This document shows positions 1 to 8,235 of a stretch of DNA of 64,000 bases, one piece after another. Under the pieces are notes generated by a model that made no database searches, was not told where the DNA came from, and saw only the letters and a program-made list of their open reading frames with translations. The stretch is from Patescibacteria group bacterium. Its GTDB lineage: Bacteria; Patescibacteriota; Minisyncoccia; Phycocordibacterales; UBA12079. The stretch spans positions 11,677-75,676 of the forward strand of contig JAYEKM010000008.1 in NCBI GenBank assembly GCA_034661035.1. The letters run 5' to 3'. The position numbers and the translations under genes were made by a program. Positions within the stretch are counted from its first letter, which is position 1; every line of letters starts with the position of its first letter.

Positions 1-1050
1 CCAGTTCATATAGATAACGAATCCCCTTTCTGTTTGGAGGAGAAAACTTCTACTTTAAAATCATATCTATCTGATAATTTTATAAAAAAAGATTACGGGG
101 TCTCAATGATTTACAATAATCAAAAATCATTAAAAAATAATTCAAAGAAAGAATCTCCAAATTTAAAAAACTTTAGTTTTGATATCGTCGGTATTAAAAA
201 CGGAATTGCTGAAGCAATAATAATCCAAACTGCTATTGTCGCTCTAAGGGAAGAGGGTTTTAAAGATGTCTCTATAGACATAAATAGTATTGGTGATAAA
301 GAGTCTTTTACCTTATTTAAGAATGAACTTTTTGATTATTATAAAAAGAGAGTCAGTGAACTGCATCCTAATTGTAGGAAGTTAAGCAAAAAAAATATAT
401 TTAATCTGTTAACCTGTGAACATGAGGAATGCCGATCACTGAAGGTCAACGCCCCCAAATCAATTTATTTTCTGTCAGAAAACAGCCAGAGGCATTTAAA
501 AGAAATCTTGGAACACTTAGAGTCATCTGGAATCACATATTGTATTAATGATTCGTTAATAAGTTCTGGTAATCACTTTTCAAAAGTAATTTTTGAGATA
601 AAAAGTAAAGATGATAAAAAAGATAAAGAAATCTTATTAGGAAAAGGAGGTCGCTATGACGAACTAGCCAGAAAGATAATTAAGAGAAAAGAGTTAACTG
701 CTGTAGGTGTATCCCTTAGAATAGAAAAAATCAAAGATAAACAAACCAAGCTTCCTTCTGAGAAAAAACCTAAATTTTACTTTATCCAATTTGGACCAAA
801 AGCAAAACTACAGAGCCTTTCTTTAATAGAATTACTTAGACAATCAGGATTAGTAATAAAACAAAACTTATATATGAATAAGTTCTCTGAACAAATAGAA
901 GTAGCTAAAAGATCAGATATACCTTACGCAATAATCCTAGGTCAAAAAGAAGCCTCTGATGACACTGTTATAGTAAAAGACTTAAGAAAAGCCTCTCAAG
1001 AGATCATACCTACATGTAGTCTCCTTCCTTATCTAAGGCAATTGAAATAA
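1..1050 (+). CDS. hisS: histidyl-tRNA synthetase, 5' end cut by window edge
   Basis: Frame open from nt 1 (TTG at 34 is not the true start). Class II motif 3 'LGKGGRYDEL', then an anticodon-binding-type C-terminal domain. Confidence 0.7.
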   Translation, partial: PVHIDNESPFCLEEKTSTLKSYLSDNFIKKDYGVSMIYNNQKSLKNNSKKESPNLKNFSFDIVGIKNGIAEAIIIQTAIVALREEGFKDVSIDINSIGDKESFTLFKNELFDYYKKRVSELHPNCRKLSKKNIFNLLTCEHEECRSLKVNAPKSIYFLSENSQRHLKEILEHLESSGITYCINDSLISSGNHFSKVIFEIKSKDDKKDKEILLGKGGRYDELARKIIKRKELTAVGVSLRIEKIKDKQTKLPSEKKPKFYFIQFGPKAKLQSLSLIELLRQSGLVIKQNLYMNKFSEQIEVAKRSDIPYAIILGQKEASDDTVIVKDLRKASQEIIPTCSLLPYLRQLK

Positions 1051-1092
1051 ACATACATTGCATTTTAGGCAAAGAAATGTTATTTTATAGCC

Positions 1093-1329
1093 ATGATAAA
1101 TATAGAAGTAACTAAGAATAACAATGAGAACGACATGAGTATCATGCGTCGTTTTACTAAAAGAGTACGTAATGCAGGAATCCTTCCTAGAGTCCGTTCC
1201 ATTCGTTATAACAACAGAACTACATCAAAATATATAAAGAAGAAAGAAGCTCTAAAGAAAATTGAAAAGAGAGAGGAGATAAAAAAATTAATAAAATTGG
1301 GCAAAATGCCAGAAAACAGATTACGCTAA
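1093..1329 (+). CDS. rpsU: 30S ribosomal protein S21
   Basis: 78 aa; MINIEV..MRRFTKRVRNAGIL matches the S21 pattern (E. coli MPVIKV..LRRFKRSCEKAGVL); Lys/Arg-rich tail. Confidence 0.85.
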   Translation: MINIEVTKNNNENDMSIMRRFTKRVRNAGILPRVRSIRYNNRTTSKYIKKKEALKKIEKREEIKKLIKLGKMPENRLR

Positions 1330-1342
1330 CTAGAAATTAAAT

Positions 1343-1370
1343 AGGTGAGCTCTCAGCTCACCTATTTTTA
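1343..1370 (+). terminator. rho-independent terminator after rpsU
   Basis: AGGTGAGCT-CTC-AGCTCACCT hairpin followed by ATTTTTAT. Confidence 0.7.
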
Positions 1371-1388
1371 TGTATAAAGTAATTTCCC

Positions 1389-1760
1389 ATGGACATAAAA
1401 AATAATACAAGAAAAAATAATCCTTCGGTTCAATTCGACAAGATAAAAGAATCTGTCCTAGGTAAAAAATATGAACTTAGTTTAGTTTTTATTGGTGACA
1501 AATTATCTCTAAAATTAAATAAGAAATATCGTAAGATTAATAAGCCAACAAACATTTTAACCTTTCCTCTTTCCAAAAATGAAGGTGAAATCTTTATAAA
1601 CCTAGGGTTATCAAAAAAACAATCCATCAAATTTGGCAGAAAATATGACGATTTTATAGGTTTTCTGTTTATCCACGGTTTACTCCATTTGAAAGGTTAC
1701 GAACATAGTAGTAAAATGGAGGTAGAGGAAAAAAAAATACGGAGAAGATTTAATCTCTAA
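1389..1760 (+). CDS. ybeY: rRNA maturation endoribonuclease YbeY
   Basis: 123 aa with zinc-binding motif HGLLHLKGYEH near the C-terminus. Confidence 0.85.
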   Translation: MDIKNNTRKNNPSVQFDKIKESVLGKKYELSLVFIGDKLSLKLNKKYRKINKPTNILTFPLSKNEGEIFINLGLSKKQSIKFGRKYDDFIGFLFIHGLLHLKGYEHSSKMEVEEKKIRRRFNL

Positions 1761-1873
1761 TTTTTTATTCCTAAAAAGGATTCTATTAAAGACAAAAAAA
1801 TCTGTTTATCTTTTTTGTGTTTAATATTTTTATGAATTAAATTATTAACTTATCCTCTGTCTTTAAATTTATT

Positions 1874-3049
1874 GTGACAAGAAAAATAACCACAGGAATA
1901 GATATAGGAACTTACCAAATAAAAGTGGTTATTACTGAATTGGTAAAAGACAAAAATGGAAGAAGTTTCCCTCAAATTATTGGAAGAGGTTTATGCCGAT
2001 CAAGAGGTTTGAGAAATGGGTATATCATAAATAAAGGAGAAGTAACCGAAAGTATATTACAAGCGGTTAGCCAAGCAGAAGAAACAGCTAATGTAAGAAT
2101 TAAAAAAGCTATTATTTCCATAGGAGGAGAAGGGTTAGAAGGAATTCGGGCAAAAGGAACAACCGTCATAACAAGAGCTGACTCAGAAATCACACAACTT
2201 GATGTGGAAAATGCTATTAAAGAAAGCCAGGAAAACGCTCCCTTATTAAATAAAAAAATAATCCATATAGCCACCTATGGTTTTAGTATTGATAATAGAA
2301 AAGTTTTAGGTGACCCTGTTGGTATGAAAGGAGAAAAACTAAAAGTAGAATCCCTTTTTATCGTGTGTTTAGAACAACACTATAATAACCTCATCCAAAC
2401 AGTTGAGGATGCTCAGATAGAAGTTGAGGGAGATATTGTTGCTTCCCCTATTGCAGGTAGTTGTGTTACCTTAACCAAAACTCAAAAAATAGCTGGTTGT
2501 GTTTTAGCTGACATTGGAGCTGAAACAATATCTATCGTGGTATTTGAGAACAACCTTCCTATTTCACTAGAGACTTTCCCAATGGGGTCAACAAACATAA
2601 CCCACGATATAGCCCTTGGACTCAGAATCGATTTAAGTGAAGCTGAAAAGATAAAGCATGGAGTAATGACATCAACCATTTACTCACAAAGAGAACTAGA
2701 CGAAATCATAACAGCACGTCTTGAAGATATTTTTGTTCTAATAGAAAATCATTTAAAAAAAATAAATAGAAACGGTTTACTGCCAGCAGGTATTATAATT
2801 TCAGGAGGAGGCTCTGGAATGACAACTATAAACGAATTAGCAAAAGCTTCTCTTAATCTTCCTTCAAAGATTGCTAATCTATATTTTTTGAGTTCAAATC
2901 GTGACAGAATTCAAGACTCAACATGGGCAGTCGCCTGCGGACTCTGTTTGGCTGGTTCAACTATGGAAGAAGATTCCTTTTCTGTACCAAAATTAGCAAA
3001 AAACATAAAAGATCGAGGTAAAAAATGGATTAAACAATTCTTTGTATAG
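1874..3049 (+). CDS. ftsA: cell division protein FtsA
   Basis: GTG start; actin-like ATPase N-terminus TGIDIGTYQIKVV; directly upstream of ftsZ. Confidence 0.85.
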   Translation: MTRKITTGIDIGTYQIKVVITELVKDKNGRSFPQIIGRGLCRSRGLRNGYIINKGEVTESILQAVSQAEETANVRIKKAIISIGGEGLEGIRAKGTTVITRADSEITQLDVENAIKESQENAPLLNKKIIHIATYGFSIDNRKVLGDPVGMKGEKLKVESLFIVCLEQHYNNLIQTVEDAQIEVEGDIVASPIAGSCVTLTKTQKIAGCVLADIGAETISIVVFENNLPISLETFPMGSTNITHDIALGLRIDLSEAEKIKHGVMTSTIYSQRELDEIITARLEDIFVLIENHLKKINRNGLLPAGIIISGGGSGMTTINELAKASLNLPSKIANLYFLSSNRDRIQDSTWAVACGLCLAGSTMEEDSFSVPKLAKNIKDRGKKWIKQFFV

Positions 3050-3141
3050 TTCCAGTTTTTCTGATAATATTATAATATATTATAAATATAGGGTTTGATT
3101 TAAAGGTCAAAGATTAAATTATCAACAATAAAAGAAACAAT

Positions 3142-4344
3142 ATGCCAAAAATAAATACAGCTGTTGAAGCATTCGCTAGGATAAAGATCATCGGAGTTGG
3201 TGGCGCAGGAAAAAATGCTACAAACTATATGATTAAATCAAAAGTTCAAGGAGTTGAATTTGTTGTAATCAATACAGATGCTCAAGATTTACACCATTCC
3301 TTGGCAAAAAAGAAAATCCATATTGGCAAAAACCTTACCAGTGGTTTAGGAGCTGGTATGGACCCTGACTTGGGGAAAAGAGCTGCTGAAGAAACAGCTG
3401 AAGAAATTCAAGATATTCTAAAAGGTTCAAATATGGTTTTCCTTACTGCTGGATTTGGAGGAGGAACAGGAACGGGAGCTACTCCTATCGTTGCCAAAAT
3501 TGCCAAAGATTTAGGTATATTAACAGTAGCCGTTGTAACAAAACCATTTTCTTTTGAAGGAGCTAGGAGAACTGAGATTGCAAAACAAGGACTTGAAAAG
3601 CTAAAACAAGAGGTTGATGCTCTTATTATGATACCAAATGACCGTATCTTAAATGTTGCCCCAGAAGGAACCACTATGGAAGATGCTTTTGCAATGAGTG
3701 ATAGAATTTTAAAAGAAGCGGTTGAGGGTATTTCTGATCTAATTACCGTACCAGGTAGAATTAATGTTGACTTCGCTGATATCTTAGCTGTCATGAGTAA
3801 CGCCGGTTCAGCTCTTATGGGAATTGGAAAAGCTACTGGTGAAAAACGTGCCGAGGAAGCAGCAAGAGCTGCTATTAACTCACCTCTTCTTGATATTTCT
3901 ATTGATGGAGCTAAAGGTGTCTTACTATCAGTAGCAGGTGGTGATGACCTAACTATTAACGAAATCCAAGACGCTGCTAAGATTGTAACTGAATCAATTG
4001 ATACAGATGCAAAAGTTATCTTTGGAACCTCAAGGACTGATAAACTAAAGAAAGATGAAATTAAAGTAACTGTAATAGCAACGGGTTTTAAAGACCCTAC
4101 GGGAAATGGAAATAGACTTTTCCAAAGAAACATAAAGGATGAGAAGGATGAAGAGGTAAAAAAAGAAAGTAAAGGCGGTATCTTTGGGGGTTCATCAAAC
4201 AAAAAAGAGAAAGAGGAAGTAAAGGAAGTAAAGAAAGAGAAAAAGGAGGAACCTAAACCAAAACCTAATGTTATAATCCCTGAGGATGATGAAGATGATA
4301 CTTGGGATTCTATCCCCTCCTTTTTAAAGAGAACTAAAAAATAA
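3142..4344 (+). CDS. ftsZ: cell division GTPase FtsZ
   Basis: IGVGGAGKNA and tubulin signature GGGTGTGATP; KE-rich C-terminal linker. Confidence 0.95.
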   Translation: MPKINTAVEAFARIKIIGVGGAGKNATNYMIKSKVQGVEFVVINTDAQDLHHSLAKKKIHIGKNLTSGLGAGMDPDLGKRAAEETAEEIQDILKGSNMVFLTAGFGGGTGTGATPIVAKIAKDLGILTVAVVTKPFSFEGARRTEIAKQGLEKLKQEVDALIMIPNDRILNVAPEGTTMEDAFAMSDRILKEAVEGISDLITVPGRINVDFADILAVMSNAGSALMGIGKATGEKRAEEAARAAINSPLLDISIDGAKGVLLSVAGGDDLTINEIQDAAKIVTESIDTDAKVIFGTSRTDKLKKDEIKVTVIATGFKDPTGNGNRLFQRNIKDEKDEEVKKESKGGIFGGSSNKKEKEEVKEVKKEKKEEPKPKPNVIIPEDDEDDTWDSIPSFLKRTKK

Positions 4345-4348
4345 ACCT

Positions 4349-5263
4349 ATGTACGATTTAGCTATCATCGGAGGTGGGCCAGCTGGAGTAGCTGCTGGTG
4401 TTTATGCTTCTAGAAAAAAAATTAAAACAGTCCTATTTGCGGAAAGTTTTGGCGGACAGAGTGTCGGCTCGTCAAAAATAGAAAACTGGATAGGAACCGT
4501 GGCTATCTCTGGCCCAGAATTAGCCAAGAATCTTGAAGATCATCTAAGAGCTTATTCTGCTGATATTGTTGATATAAAAAAAGAAGTGGTAGAAAAAATC
4601 GAGCAACAATCACCAGACTTGTTTAAAATCAAAACAAACCAACAAGAATATTCCGTTAAGGCTATCCTGATAGCAACTGGTAGTTCTAGAAAGAAATTAA
4701 CCTGTTTGGGAGCTGAAAAGTTTGAGGGAAAAGGATTAGTTTACTGTGCAACTTGTGACGGACCTCTTTTTACAGGAAAAGATGTCGTTATCATCGGAGG
4801 AGGTAATTCTGCTTTTGAATCAGCTTCTCAACTTCTAGCCTATGCTAAAAGTGTTACCCTACTCAATCGATCAGAAAAATTTAAAGCTGATGAAGTGACA
4901 ATCCAAAAAATGTCTACAATTGAAAATCTTAATTTAGTTATTAACTCTCAAATTAAAGAAATAAAAGGAGATAATTTTATTAAATCAATTATCTATGAAA
5001 ACACGAAAACTAACGAGGAAAAAGAAATACCTGTAGAAGGTGTTTTTGTTGAAGTTGGTTCATCTCCAACAACAGAATTTATTGATTTTATTGATAAAAA
5101 TGAGCATGAAGCCATAATAGTAGATCCAATGACACAAACAACCTCTGTAGAAGGAATTTGGGCTGCTGGAGACTGTACTCACGGACTATATCACCAGAAC
5201 TGTATCGCTGTTGGCGACGGAATCAAAGCCTTAGAAAATATCTATTCTTGGCTACAAAAATAA
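4349..5263 (+). CDS. trxB: thioredoxin-disulfide reductase
   Basis: FAD site IIGGGPAGVAAG and redox-active CATCDG motif. Confidence 0.9.
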   Translation: MYDLAIIGGGPAGVAAGVYASRKKIKTVLFAESFGGQSVGSSKIENWIGTVAISGPELAKNLEDHLRAYSADIVDIKKEVVEKIEQQSPDLFKIKTNQQEYSVKAILIATGSSRKKLTCLGAEKFEGKGLVYCATCDGPLFTGKDVVIIGGGNSAFESASQLLAYAKSVTLLNRSEKFKADEVTIQKMSTIENLNLVINSQIKEIKGDNFIKSIIYENTKTNEEKEIPVEGVFVEVGSSPTTEFIDFIDKNEHEAIIVDPMTQTTSVEGIWAAGDCTHGLYHQNCIAVGDGIKALENIYSWLQK

Positions 5264-5290
5264 AAACTGCTTAATAAGCAGTTTTTATTT
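5262..5290. terminator. bidirectional hairpin terminator between trxB (+) and a membrane gene (-)
   Basis: AAAACTGCTTA/TAAGCAGTTTT hairpin with A-run 5' and T-run 3'. Confidence 0.6.
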
Positions 5291-5305
5291 TAATATTTTT
5301 TATAA

Positions 5306-6001
5306 TTAAGTTTCCTTAGGCTCCTCTTTTTCTAATCTTTTATCTTCTTTTGTAACTATAGTTTCAATTACTTTTTTCTTTGTATGAAAATTCATTAGAG
5401 AAAATGTAACCATTCCAGCAAAGATTATACCGACAATGTTTAAACCAAATAAAATCAAAGCATTCGTCATCATTGTCCAACTCATTTCAGCCAAACCGAT
5501 GCCAATCAGAGCAATTGGAGGAATTAAAGCTACAGCAATAGCCACACCAGGTAAAGTCTCATTTAGTTTAGGTTTAATAAGAGCAAAGGTTGCCGCAAAT
5601 CCAGCTACTACTGACACAGCCACGTATAGGAGAGAAGGGTTTGAACTTACAACTAAATTCTCTGGTATTTTGCCAGCTCCAAAAATAAGAGTAGCTACAG
5701 CTGATACTCCTACACCGACAGTTAGCGATTTAACTATAGTTTGAATAGACCTTCTTATTAATTTTGAATCAGCAATAGTAATACCCAAAGATAAACTCAG
5801 TATAGGAGAAAGTAATGGAGCAATTAACATACTTCCAATTACAATAGCAACATTTCCTAATAAAACACCAAAAACAGCAGTTAAAACAGACAATGCCATC
5901 ATGAGAAAAAAGTCCTGACTGGGAGTACTTTGAGTTATTAATTTCTCAACAGCGTCAGCCTTATCCCTCTCTTCCAAACCATTAAATATAAATAATCTCA
6001 T
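5306..6001 (-). CDS. integral membrane protein (DUF389/TIGR00341-like guess)
   Basis: 231 aa with about 6 hydrophobic helices; the family assignment is from memory only. Confidence 0.35.
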   Translation of the reverse strand: MRLFIFNGLEERDKADAVEKLITQSTPSQDFFLMMALSVLTAVFGVLLGNVAIVIGSMLIAPLLSPILSLSLGITIADSKLIRRSIQTIVKSLTVGVGVSAVATLIFGAGKIPENLVVSSNPSLLYVAVSVVAGFAATFALIKPKLNETLPGVAIAVALIPPIALIGIGLAEMSWTMMTNALILFGLNIVGIIFAGMVTFSLMNFHTKKKVIETIVTKEDKRLEKEEPKET

Positions 6002-6180
6002 ATAAACAACATTATAACTTATCTTAAGAACTGCGCAAATTTTTTACTCGGAATACAAGATTAGGTCACTCTCATGGATATTTATTTCCCCACCCAATGT
6101 GGGTCATAAATATCTCATTCCCTTGACCTCCACTCGGCTGTTCCGACTTCGCTTTGCTTCGTCGGGCTTCGCACAGCCTT

Positions 6181-6321
<141 letters not shown>

Positions 6322-6370
6322 AAATATTTTTTACTCAATACTGTGTATATAATTTTTAACTCATCATAAG

Positions 6371-6434
6371 TTCTACCAATCCCGACGATTCTGTCGGGAC
6401 CCCGACGCCGTCGAGGCTGAGCTAACCGTCCCCT
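6371..6434 (-). pseudogene. tRNA-Val 5' fragment interrupted by a 37-nt GC-rich hairpin insert (pseudo-tRNA)
   Basis: The minus strand reads GGGGACGGTTAGCTCAG-[CCTCGACGGCGTCGGGGTCCCGACAGAATCGTCGGGA]-TTGGTAGA and then diverges. No anticodon or T arm follows. Confidence 0.45.
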
Positions 6435-6474
6435 TATTTTTTAATTATATACTATTTGAGAGTTTAGTTACAAA

Positions 6475-6549
6475 TGGTGACCCTACCGGGAATCGAACCC
6501 GGATTACCAGCTTGAAAAGCTGATGTCCTAACCATTAGACGATAGGGCC
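6475..6549 (-). tRNA. tRNA-Glu (anticodon TTC), CCA encoded
   Basis: GGCCCTATCGTCTAATGGTTAGGAC-A-TCAGC-TTTTCAA-GCTGG..CCGGGTTCGATTCCCGG-TAGGGTC-ACCA. Confidence 0.85.
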
Positions 6550-6619
6550 TTATAATTAGGAATATTATACTAATTTTTGTCAAAAAAGCAAAAAAATGTT
6601 AGATTATCCTTAGTATATT

Positions 6620-6699
6620 GGAGGTGTGGCTGAGTGGACGAAAAGCAAACTGCTTTGCTTTTCATCTGAACAAAGTGAAGTGGCAAACACTCAGCCACA
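6620..6699 (+). other. duplicated tRNA-Ser 5' 20-22-mer fused to a long hairpin (pseudo-tRNA or structured element)
   Basis: tattGGAGGTGTGGCTGAGTGG is repeated exactly at 6742. Here TGTGGCTGAGTG pairs with CACTCAGCCACA about 50 nt downstream, there is no T arm, and a T-rich tract follows. Confidence 0.4.
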
Positions 6700-6745
6700 T
6701 ATTTCTGAAACATTTTTTGTTTTGGACGACAATACAAAGTTTATT

Positions 6746-6832
6746 GGAGGTGTGGCTGAGTGGTTGAAGGCACCGCTTTCGAAAAGCGGCATGCGGGAAA
6801 CCGTATCAGGGGTTCGAATCCTCTCGCCTCCG
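6746..6832 (+). tRNA. tRNA-Ser (anticodon CGA), type II with long variable arm
   Basis: GGAGGTG..CCGCT-TTCGAAA-AGCGG-CATGCGGGAAACCGTATC-AGGGGTTCGAATCCTCT-CGCCTCC-G. Confidence 0.85.
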
Positions 6833-6869
6833 CACAAAAAAAGAGTCTAAATTATAATATTCAACTAGC

Positions 6870-6898
6870 TTGACAAGTACAAGTTAGTACTGTTAAAT
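6870..6898 (+). promoter_or_regulatory. sigma70-like promoter (TTGACA-17-TTAAAT)
   Basis: cTTGACAagtacaagttagtactgTTAAATat; the spacer is partly palindromic (AGTAC..GTACT). Confidence 0.45.
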
Positions 6899-6904
6899 AT
6901 AGTT

Positions 6905-7105
6905 ATATGCAATATTTGCACCAAAAGCTGAATAAAAACATCACAGCAAACACAGCTTTGCTTGGTTTTCCTATGTCTGTCCACACAAAGAAAACCAATA
7001 AATTTTTATTCAGCCGCGGTAATTCTATCTCTCCACCTAGATTTTAAACAAGAAAACTAGAACCTAGAAATCCCTCTGCTGAATAAAAGCAGAGGGTTTT
7101 TATTT
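6905..7105 (+). ncRNA. candidate structured leader (riboswitch/attenuator) or sRNA upstream of the GNAT gene
   Basis: Runs from the promoter to an intrinsic terminator. GCTGAATAAAA occurs at 6927 and in the terminator (7078), and its complement sits at 7003, allowing alternative pairing. Confidence 0.35.
7072..7105 (+). terminator. rho-independent terminator
   Basis: CCCTCTGCT-GAATAAA-AGCAGAGGG followed by TTTTTATTT. Confidence 0.75.
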
Positions 7106-7146
7106 AGCAAAAATTATTGTTCTTTAAAAAAGAAAGGAGAAAAATC

Positions 7147-7740
7147 ATGTCCGAACAAAAAAGCCAACCTATCGTTTTCCTAAAAAGTAATCGTGTCATT
7201 CTTCGCCCAGTATTAAAAGAGGATATTCCCTCTCTAACAAAGTGGGTCAATGACCCTGAAATTTTACCTTTCCTTGGCAGGTATCTGCCTGTCATGGAAG
7301 CAGACGAGGAAGAGTGGTTCAATAACCTCCACAAAAGAAAGCCTAACCATATTGTTCTCGCAATTATTGCTGACGAAAAAATAATTGGTACAATGGGTCT
7401 TCACAGGATCAGTATGAAGGATCGAGTAGCTACAACAGGAGCTCTTATTGGAGAAAAAGATTATTGGGGAAAAGGTTATGGAAGCGAGGCAAAAATGATT
7501 TTGTTAGACTATGCCTTTAACACCCTCAACCTACGCAAAATATGTTCTTTTGTTATAGCCTTCAACGAACGAAGTTATAAATATAGCCTAAAATGTGGTT
7601 ATAAGGAAGAAGGTAGACAAAGAAAACATATTTACAGATTCGGAAAATATTGGGACCAAATTTTTCTTGCTGTCTTTAAAGAGGACTGGTTACCTCTTTG
7701 GAAAGAATTTTCCAAAGAACACAATATCACCAACCTCTAA
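7147..7740 (+). CDS. GNAT family N-acetyltransferase (RimJ/RimL-like)
   Basis: AGGAG 7 nt upstream of ATG 7147. Acetyl-CoA-binding-like region IGTMGLHRI..GEKDYWGKGYGSEA. Confidence 0.75.
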   Translation: MSEQKSQPIVFLKSNRVILRPVLKEDIPSLTKWVNDPEILPFLGRYLPVMEADEEEWFNNLHKRKPNHIVLAIIADEKIIGTMGLHRISMKDRVATTGALIGEKDYWGKGYGSEAKMILLDYAFNTLNLRKICSFVIAFNERSYKYSLKCGYKEEGRQRKHIYRFGKYWDQIFLAVFKEDWLPLWKEFSKEHNITNL

Positions 7741-7746
7741 AAACAG

Positions 7747-7783
7747 AATGGGTTTTTGCTGTAAAGCAAAAACCCATTTTTTA
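7747..7783 (+). terminator. rho-independent terminator
   Basis: AATGGGTTTTTGCT-GTAA-AGCAAAAACCCATT followed by TTTTTATT. Confidence 0.75.
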
Positions 7784-7824
7784 TTCACATAGATATCTCT
7801 TATTTTTTATGATAAATTAAACTA

Positions 7825-8235
7825 ATGAAAATATTTATAATTTCTAGCAAGAATTTTTACGAAAAAATTCCTGAAATAAAAGAACAGTTGGAAAAAAATG
7901 GAAATATTATTTCTTTACCTAATTGTTTTGATGCCCCTGAAACTGAAGCCAAATATAGGGATTTAGGAAAAAAAGAACACTCTAAGTGGAAATCTGAGAT
8001 GATTTGTCATAGTGTAGATGTAATCAAGGATAATAATGCCGTCTTAGTCTTAAATTTAGAAAAAAATGGTATTAAAAATTACATCGGAGGAGCTACATTT
8101 CTCGAAATGTATGATGCTTTCCGCCTTGGTAAAAAAATATTTCTATATAATCCTGTCCCCGAAGGGATGCTATATGATGAGATAATTGGTTTTAATCCAA
8201 TTGTTATAAACCAAGATTTAAATTTAATTAAATGA
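7825..8235 (+). CDS. hypothetical protein (possibly nucleoside 2-deoxyribosyltransferase-like Rossmann fold)
   Basis: 136 aa; stop overlaps the tsaD start by 4 nt; the fold guess is weak. Confidence 0.4.
   Translation: MKIFIISSKNFYEKIPEIKEQLEKNGNIISLPNCFDAPETEAKYRDLGKKEHSKWKSEMICHSVDVIKDNNAVLVLNLEKNGIKNYIGGATFLEMYDAFRLGKKIFLYNPVPEGMLYDEIIGFNPIVINQDLNLIK

Noticed and set aside
3408-4202. 264-aa antisense ORF inside ftsZ, and similar antisense ORFs (1430-1630, 1972-2274, 17541-18165, 28798-29271, 30098-30909, 33686-34093 and others)
   Set aside because: They overlap strongly supported genes on the opposite strand and are low-complexity translations typical of antisense frames of AT-rich genes.
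6040-6180. Possible additional tRNA or small ORF upstream of the palindrome
   Set aside because: No cloverleaf could be built. Only GC-rich hairpins (CCCAC..GTGGG, CCGAC..GTCGG) are present, and these are reported as structural elements only.
6626-6850. Track ORF (74 aa) spanning the tRNA-Ser duplicate and the tRNA-Ser gene
   Set aside because: It is fully explained by overlapping tRNA and hairpin sequence with no coding signal.
7011-7023. 13-mer CAGCCGCGGTAAT identical to the universal 16S rRNA 515F/530-loop sequence
   Set aside because: Flanking bases do not match 16S on either side and no other rRNA-like sequence is nearby. It is treated as a chance or structural match inside the candidate leader, not an rRNA fragment.
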